Of a DNA stretch of 64,000 nucleotides, positions 58,385 to 64,000 are shown piece by piece. This DNA comes from an uncultured Candidatus Saccharibacteria bacterium. Lineage in GTDB: Bacteria; Patescibacteriota; Minisyncoccia; Phycocordibacterales; JBBTRF01. Position 1 is the stretch's first letter. Every line of letters begins with the position of its first letter. The position numbers and the translations under genes were made by a program. Below the pieces are notes generated by a model, which saw only the letters and a list, made by a program, of their open reading frames with translations, was not told where the DNA came from and did no database searches. The stretch is taken from contig CAZRTH010000001.1 in the NCBI GenBank assembly GCA_964602975.1, forward strand, positions 70,303-134,302. The letters are read 5' to 3'.

Positions 58385-59416
58385 CTACCTCCCCCTCGCC
58401 AATTCCACCAAATGCTCAACAAGCTCGGTCAAACCGGAACCCACCGCCCGCATTGCCTTTGGGAACAGTGAATGTTCAGTGAGGCCAGGCAAAGTGTTCA
58501 CCTCCAAGAAATACACTCCGCGGCGCGGATGCACGATAAAATCCGATCGAGAATAGTGCTTCAATCCGAGCGAGCGATGCACCTCGCGCGCCATACGCTG
58601 GATCTCGGCGCTTTCAGTCGGGGTAAAATTACCTGGGCAAATTTCTTCACTCGCACCACCATATTTCGCTTCATAATCAAAAAGTGGCGAGCCGGCTTGT
58701 TTGCGGATCTCCACCGGTGGCAATGCGTAGTGTTTCTCCCCGCGAAAATGGTCAACCACTCCGCACGTCGCCTCTTTGCCTGCAATATATTCCTCGATCA
58801 GCACTGTATCGCCATGCTCGAAAGCCGAATGAATCGCCTTCTCCAATTCCTTCAGAGTACCGACGACAGAGACACCGATCGACGAACCGGCACTCGCCGG
58901 CTTCACCACTGCCGGATGAGGGAAACTCCTAAACACTTCGGCAGCTTTTTTTGCAACATTCTTCACCTCTTCTTTTCGCAAGACCAGATGCACCGCCGTC
59001 TTTATCTTCCCCGCGCCACTCGATCCACCACCTTGCGCTGCATGATGTGCCAAGTGCTTTTTAGTGAGCACTTTGTTCATCGCGACAGCCGAAGCCAGCG
59101 CGCCAGAGCCGGTGTACGCCGCTTTGTACGCATCCAAAAGAGTCTGGATCTTGCCATCCTCACCAAAACTGCCGTGAAGCGCGTTGAAGAGAACATCAAC
59201 ATGCTTCATGATCTGCTCCGGTTTTTTCTCCACGCCGTCAAAATGCCATTTGCCGTCACGCGTGATGAGAACATCGTGCACGCGATATTTAGAAGTCGGC
59301 AGATGTTTGATCACTGTGCCACCTGTTTGGAGCGAAACAGGATATTCAGAAGAAGTGCCGCCGCGCACCACGCCGACACGAATCTTTGAAGCCGTTTTGT
59401 GCGAGCCTGCCGTCAT
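58385..59416 (-). CDS. ddl: D-alanine-D-alanine ligase
   Basis: GGTSSEY.VSL.TG, ALHG.FGEDG, GSSIG, DYEAKY, LEVNTLPG. Confidence 0.95.
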   Translation of the reverse strand: MTAGSHKTASKIRVGVVRGGTSSEYPVSLQTGGTVIKHLPTSKYRVHDVLITRDGKWHFDGVEKKPEQIMKHVDVLFNALHGSFGEDGKIQTLLDAYKAAYTGSGALASAVAMNKVLTKKHLAHHAAQGGGSSGAGKIKTAVHLVLRKEEVKNVAKKAAEVFRSFPHPAVVKPASAGSSIGVSVVGTLKELEKAIHSAFEHGDTVLIEEYIAGKEATCGVVDHFRGEKHYALPPVEIRKQAGSPLFDYEAKYGGASEEICPGNFTPTESAEIQRMAREVHRSLGLKHYSRSDFIVHPRRGVYFLEVNTLPGLTEHSLFPKAMRAVGSGLTELVEHLVELARGR

Positions 59417-59452
59417 GTAAATAGTATATCACGGGCGTTTCGCGCCCGTCGC

Positions 59453-60763
59453 CTATCGCAATCGCCCGCGTAGCGTCCGATGATATTTGATCGCGAAACG
59501 GTGGGCCTCGCTATTGAGCAGCAGGATCTCTTTCCCAAATTTCCTTGCCAATACTTGATGCTGCGGTGCGGCCAAGATCCGTTCCGGTTTGTGCTTGTCA
59601 TTTTTCACCACCGCCACAACGGCAATATCGAAACCTGCCGCTTTCAATGTTTTTTCAGCAGCGCGTTTCTGTGCAGTCGAACCATCCACAACAATGAGAT
59701 TCGGAAAAGTCCATTCGGAATGCGTAAGTCTGCGCGACAGGATCTCTTGGAGCGAAGCGATGTCATTCACATCCGTCGAACGGCCGACCTCGGCACGCTT
59801 CACTTTGAACATACGATATTCGGACTTTCGGAGCTGCCGATCTTCGAGCACCGTCATCACGCCGACCGTATTTTTGCCGGACAGGTGCGCCACGTCGTAT
59901 GCCTCGATGCGAAACAACGCTTCGGGCGATTTCGGGCCACCATTCACAGTGACGCCCGTATCTTTTGCCATCGATACATCATCCTGTTCCTTTATCAGTC
60001 CAATATCCTGAATGTGATTGAGTGCAAAGATCGTCCTTTTCACTTCATTGGCCTCCTCAAAACGCCGCTCTTTGGCAAGCGCTCGCATGTCTTTTTCGAG
60101 CTCGCGAATGAGAATACCTTTTTTGCCTTCGAGAAACAGTTTCAATCGCGCGATCGTCTTTTTGTATTCGGTCGAGGATACTTCACCAGTGCACACTCCC
60201 GGACAGAGGCCGAGCTGTCGATTGAAACACGGCCGACAGGCTGAACCATCGCACGGTGTGCATCGATCGCGGAACGGAAAGATCTTCCGCACGATCTTCA
60301 ATCCGTCACGCAAGATGCTCCCATTCGAATACGGACCAAGCACGGCTTGGAAACGCGTCGTAGAACTTTCGACATCTTTGTTGCGCATAATGAGCACGCG
60401 CGGAAATGCCTCGTCGGTGATGACAATGCAATTGAAGCTTTTATCGGATTTTTCTTTCGTGTTGTACCGAGGTTGATGTTGCTTGATGAGATTGGCTTCC
60501 AAAATGATCGCTTCGAGTACGGAGTCGGTCTGGACGAAATCAACCTTCTCGGCGTGAAAGATCATGTCGACCACCAGCGGCCCTCGGGTGTGGATAATGT
60601 CATCGTTGAAATAGCTACGGACGCGGTCGGAGAGCGAAGTGGCACGGCCAATATAGAGGATTTCTTGGCCATTTTCCTTGTTTTTTGCTGTTTTTTGGCC
60701 AATGAAAAAATAGACGCCTGGGGCGTCGGGCAAGATCTTCCAGGGCTCTCCTTGACTCGTCAT
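59453..60763 (-). CDS. uvrC: UvrC-like excinuclease (GIY-YIG, UVR, RNase H-like; no HhH tail)
   Basis: PGVYFF..LYIGRA.SL..RVRSYF, EANLIK..QPRYN, FEEA, RIEAYDVAH, DGS. Confidence 0.85.
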   Translation of the reverse strand: MTSQGEPWKILPDAPGVYFFIGQKTAKNKENGQEILYIGRATSLSDRVRSYFNDDIIHTRGPLVVDMIFHAEKVDFVQTDSVLEAIILEANLIKQHQPRYNTKEKSDKSFNCIVITDEAFPRVLIMRNKDVESSTTRFQAVLGPYSNGSILRDGLKIVRKIFPFRDRCTPCDGSACRPCFNRQLGLCPGVCTGEVSSTEYKKTIARLKLFLEGKKGILIRELEKDMRALAKERRFEEANEVKRTIFALNHIQDIGLIKEQDDVSMAKDTGVTVNGGPKSPEALFRIEAYDVAHLSGKNTVGVMTVLEDRQLRKSEYRMFKVKRAEVGRSTDVNDIASLQEILSRRLTHSEWTFPNLIVVDGSTAQKRAAEKTLKAAGFDIAVVAVVKNDKHKPERILAAPQHQVLARKFGKEILLLNSEAHRFAIKYHRTLRGRLR

Positions 60764-60869
60764 CGCTTCTATAGTACTATATTATCCAGCTAAATCAACC
60801 GCTCGCGTAGCTTTTCCTTCATCGGACAAGCCGCGTAGCACAACCGCAACGTCCGCGCACATTACGAAT

Positions 60870-61118
60870 ATGAAAAACGCACTCTGGTTCAGTCTCTGGC
60901 TCGCCGTCGCCGTCTTCGCATACTTCGTCGGCCAACCGCTCGTCACCTTCGTGATCGCCATCCTGGCGGCAACCGAGATCTACGCGCAGTTCAAGCTGCG
61001 GCCGTCAGCTTCGACTGGCAACGCGAACAATGGCAGTAGCAGTGGCAGCAGCATCTCAAAGGCGCTCGCCTCAAACGGACACGGAAGCCGTCGCCATGAT
61101 TGGATGCTCCTGCTCTGA
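60870..61118 (+). CDS. Small orphan membrane protein
   Basis: Two hydrophobic segments. Terminator ACCCCGC...GCGGGGT-T at 61134-61170. Confidence 0.55.
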   Translation: MKNALWFSLWLAVAVFAYFVGQPLVTFVIAILAATEIYAQFKLRPSASTGNANNGSSSGSSISKALASNGHGSRRHDWMLLL

Positions 61119-61173
61119 GCCACCACTCTCCCCACCCCGCACCTGCACAGGTCGCGGGGGTTCTTTTTTATTT

Positions 61174-61229
61174 CGACAAGCGAGGATCGCATGAGAATGT
61201 TTCATTCTCATGACGTCCGAGCGCAGTCG
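61174..61229. repeat. Long bulged hairpin
   Basis: CGAC..GCG.GGA..CATGAGAATG-TTT-CATTCTCATG..TCC..CGC.GTCG. Confidence 0.6.
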
Positions 61230-61233
61230 TCAC

Positions 61234-61307
61234 AAAGGGTACAAAACCCCTCGGCTTTGCCGAGGACCCTTTGGGTCCAGGGCTTGCCCTGGGGTTTAAT
61301 ACCCTTT
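61234..61307. repeat. Cloverleaf multi-hairpin element
   Basis: Outer stem AAAGGGTA..AAACCCC/GGGGTTT..TACCCTTT enclosing three hairpins. Confidence 0.7.
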
Positions 61308-61398
61308 ATTTCAAAAATTGAAAACAGCAAAAAAGAAAACGCCTCCGGCCGAAACCGGAAGCGCTTGAACGAATACCAATCGAACACGTATCAGCCGC

Positions 61399-62379
61399 TC
61401 ACTCAGCGTCAGCTTCCAGCCGACGCTGCAACACACGATCTGGATCCGGAATCCCCTTTTGAACATCCCACGCGAGATCGCTCAGCTCCATCAGCTTGAT
61501 GAAGACGTAGCTCGCATCGAAGTAGGGGTGATCCAAGCCGTGCAGTGACGAATTCGGGAAGGCGTGATGATAGTTGTGCCAACCTTCGCCGAGCGCGAGG
61601 ATGCCGACCAACCAACTGTTCTGCGAACGGTCGCTCGTGCTCACCTCGTGACTCCCCCAGAGATGGCAATAGCTATTCACCATCGAGGTGACATGTTGGT
61701 GGATGAAGAGACGAATCGCGCCGCCCCAGAGGAAGCCGAGTAACGCCCCCTTCCACGTGCCTTCGTGCAAAAAGCCGAGGCCCGCGGGAATGAGGAGCCC
61801 GATCGTGATCCAGAGAGCGATATGTCGATCGACAAAGGACACGATCGGATCGACAGTGAGGCGCCTGAAAGCAGCGTTCTGCGGGATCGGGATTCCCTTC
61901 AGCATCCAGCCGAATTGGGCGTGCCAGAAACCCTTCCATAGATTGAGAAAGGACACTTTGGTGAACTTTCCATCGTCGTCGAGACAATACTTCCAGGGCG
62001 AATGCGGGTCGCCGGCTTCGTCGCTGTGAACATGATGATGTTGATGCAACGAGCACCAAGTGACGATCTGCCCTTGGGCAGCCATGGCGCCGGTGATGGC
62101 ACCAAAATACTTCATCACAGGCATCACTTCAAACGAAGCGTGGGTGAAGAATCGGTGATACCAGACGGTGGTGCCAAAACCGGCCACAATGTAGCAGCCA
62201 ATGAAGAGCCCGACGTAGAACCAGTCGAAGCTGCCGTGATAGACCTGAAAGGCGATCGCGCCCAGCAAGCCGAGGAACGGCAGCAGCCAGAAGACAATGA
62301 TCGTCGCCTTGTCGGCGCTGTTGTAAACGAGCGGAGCATGCGCGTGCGAAGACGCGCCAGGTGAGGGGTGAGTGTTCAT
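61399..62379 (-). CDS. Delta-9-type acyl-CoA/lipid desaturase
   Basis: His boxes YHRFFTH, HQHHH and WHNYHH, DPHSP, GFWHAQFGW, VNSYCH.WG. Own terminator at about 61328-61366. Confidence 0.93.
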   Translation of the reverse strand: MNTHPSPGASSHAHAPLVYNSADKATIIVFWLLPFLGLLGAIAFQVYHGSFDWFYVGLFIGCYIVAGFGTTVWYHRFFTHASFEVMPVMKYFGAITGAMAAQGQIVTWCSLHQHHHVHSDEAGDPHSPWKYCLDDDGKFTKVSFLNLWKGFWHAQFGWMLKGIPIPQNAAFRRLTVDPIVSFVDRHIALWITIGLLIPAGLGFLHEGTWKGALLGFLWGGAIRLFIHQHVTSMVNSYCHLWGSHEVSTSDRSQNSWLVGILALGEGWHNYHHAFPNSSLHGLDHPYFDASYVFIKLMELSDLAWDVQKGIPDPDRVLQRRLEADAE

Positions 62380-62455
62380 AATAGGTTGGGAAAGGGCGAA
62401 ACCGGTGTCGATTATAACATGCGAAAGTGGATATTTTCACAACGCTCGAAAAAGA

Positions 62456-62560
62456 GGGGTGTGTCCGCCGACTTTTTTGAGTACCCGCGGATTTGTCATA
62501 CGAAAGTATGAGGAAAGTATGACAAATCCGCGGGTACGTAAAAATGCCCGCCAGTACCTC
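62456..62560. repeat. Palindromic REP/MITE-like element, copy 2
   Basis: Perfect 21-bp arms at 62481-62501 and 62517-62537 around a 15-nt loop. Confidence 0.8.
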
Positions 62561-62634
62561 TAGACAGTTGACGAAAATCTCAAAAGTTGTAGCATTATCA
62601 ATAGTCAGTCAACCCTTTACCTGTGGAGGTCAGC

Positions 62635-62934
62635 ATGAAGTTCTTCAAATGGATTCTCTCGGCTATTCGCTACCTGTGGAGCGGCATCAAGGTCTTCGGA
62701 GGTGTCGGCATCTGGCTCGCGATTGTCGCAGTGGTGTGCATAATCTTTGGCTGCATCACGAGCGGAGTAACCGCCGTTCTCGCACTTCTCCTTCCCCACC
62801 TCGTGCCGCTCAGCGCAACGCTCCTCGTCGCCAAATGGACAGCCATCGTCGTTGCCGTTGCCTGCGCGCTCGTCACTGCGTATGCCGCGTGGGTCAATGA
62901 TGACTCGGAGGATCAGGCCGAGCCGCAAAGGTGA
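62635..62934 (+). CDS. Small orphan membrane protein
   Basis: GGAGG SD, hydrophobic. Promoter TTGACG-16-TAGCAT and terminator at 62975-63006. Confidence 0.65.
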   Translation: MKFFKWILSAIRYLWSGIKVFGGVGIWLAIVAVVCIIFGCITSGVTAVLALLLPHLVPLSATLLVAKWTAIVVAVACALVTAYAAWVNDDSEDQAEPQR

Positions 62935-63033
62935 GTCGCAATCGCTCCCGCCAATGAAGTCACTCAGACAAACTAAAAACGGCACCCGCGCAGGGATGCC
63001 GTTTTTCATTTGCTCGAATTTACCCCTTTGCAC

Positions 63034-64000
63034 CTATTTCTCCAACATCTTCTTCAAATACTTGCCGGTATATGACTTGGCATTGTTCGCGACCTCTTCG
63101 GGAGTGCCCTTGGCCACAAGCTTTCCGCCACCGGAACCGCCTTCAGGGCCAATGTCGATGACGTAGTCGGAAGATTTGATGATATCCAAATTGTGTTCGA
63201 TCACCATCACGGTATTCCCCTTTTGCACAAGTTTTTGGAGGATCTCGATGAGCTTCTTCACATCCTCATAATGGAGGCCGATCGATGGCTCGTCGAGCAA
63301 ATAGATCGTCTTCTGCATGTGCGGTCGGTACAACTCAGAAGAGATCTTCACACGTTGCGCTTCCCCGCCAGAAAGCGTGGTGGCTGATTGACCAAGTTGC
63401 AAGTAGCCGAGGCCTACTTCTTGCAACGTTTCAAGACGATCAGCGATGGATGGAATGTCGTGGAAAAATTCAAGTGCTTCGTCGATGGTCATGGTGAGTA
63501 CGTCGTAGATCGACTTCTTTTTGTATTTCACTTCGAGGGTTTCTTTCATGAAGCGCTTGCCGTTACAGACATCGCAAGGGACGTAGACGGTCGGAAGGAA
63601 GTGCATTTCCACGGCGATCTCGCCGTTGCCTTGGCAGACTTCGCAGCGGCCGCCTTTGACGTTGAAGGAAAAGCGGTTGGCCTTCCAGCCGCGAGCACGG
63701 GCTTCCGTGCTCGCGGCGAAAAGGTCGCGGATGAAAGTGAAAGCGCCGGTGTACGTCGCTGGATTCGAACGCGGAGTACGGCCTATCGGCGACTGGTCGA
63801 TCAAAATAGTGCGGCCGATATATTCAGTACCAGTGAACGACGAACAATTGTATGTTTCGTTGCTGCGGTATTTGCGCTCAAAACGCGCCTGCAGATTTTT
63901 GTGGATCACCTCGTACATGAGCGACGACTTTCCGGAGCCAGACACGCCGGTCACTGCCACGAGTCGGCTGAGCGGCACGTCGACATCCATCTGTTTGATA
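63034..64000 (-). CDS. uvrA: Excinuclease ABC subunit A (C-terminal part, truncated by window)
   Basis: GVSGSGKSS, DQSPIGRTPRSNPATY, CxxC zinc finger, LSGGEAQR, LDEP..GLH. Confidence 0.97.
   Translation of the reverse strand, partial: IKQMDVDVPLSRLVAVTGVSGSGKSSLMYEVIHKNLQARFERKYRSNETYNCSSFTGTEYIGRTILIDQSPIGRTPRSNPATYTGAFTFIRDLFAASTEARARGWKANRFSFNVKGGRCEVCQGNGEIAVEMHFLPTVYVPCDVCNGKRFMKETLEVKYKKKSIYDVLTMTIDEALEFFHDIPSIADRLETLQEVGLGYLQLGQSATTLSGGEAQRVKISSELYRPHMQKTIYLLDEPSIGLHYEDVKKLIEILQKLVQKGNTVMVIEHNLDIIKSSDYVIDIGPEGGSGGGKLVAKGTPEEVANNAKSYTGKYLKKMLEK

Noticed and set aside
61191-61211. Fur-like box ATGAGAATG-TTT-CATTCTCAT
   Set aside because: It lies between convergent gene ends inside a longer hairpin, not at a promoter.

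Overview
A 64-kb chromosomal segment, inferred to come from a Patescibacteria/CPR (Parcubacteria-type) bacterium using the standard code. The inference rests on a short AlaRS, a short L13, a NUDIX-inserted LeuRS, an FtsA-like plus membrane-anchored gene pair and leaderless-type starts. Housekeeping genes lie almost entirely on the minus strand: aspS, trpS, dnaJ-dnaK-grpE, infA-rpmJ-rpsMKD-rpoA-rplQ-rplM-rpsI, alaS, pepF, mnmA, mltG, leuS, ychF, zwf, trhO, gmk, ddl, uvrC-like, partial uvrA and tRNA-Ala. They are interrupted by single plus-strand orphan genes, most with their own promoter and terminator and a shared CAAC(C/A)GC leader motif. No CRISPR, rRNA, integrase or transposase is visible. 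The best leads are: (1) an ORF directly upstream of dnaK ending in an RAP arrest-peptide-like motif; (2) a methyltransferase plus 7TM histidine kinase pair resembling PhcB/PhcS signalling; (3) an orphan Cap15-like CBASS effector next to a miniature EPSP-synthase-like protein; (4) two promoter-driven structured ncRNA candidates; (5) several REP/MITE-like palindromes, one present twice; (6) a stress-gene islet flanked by a duplicated ddl 3' end; (7) a LeuRS with a remodelled editing site; (8) lipid-remodelling enzymes. All family calls come from motif recognition by eye, not database searches.
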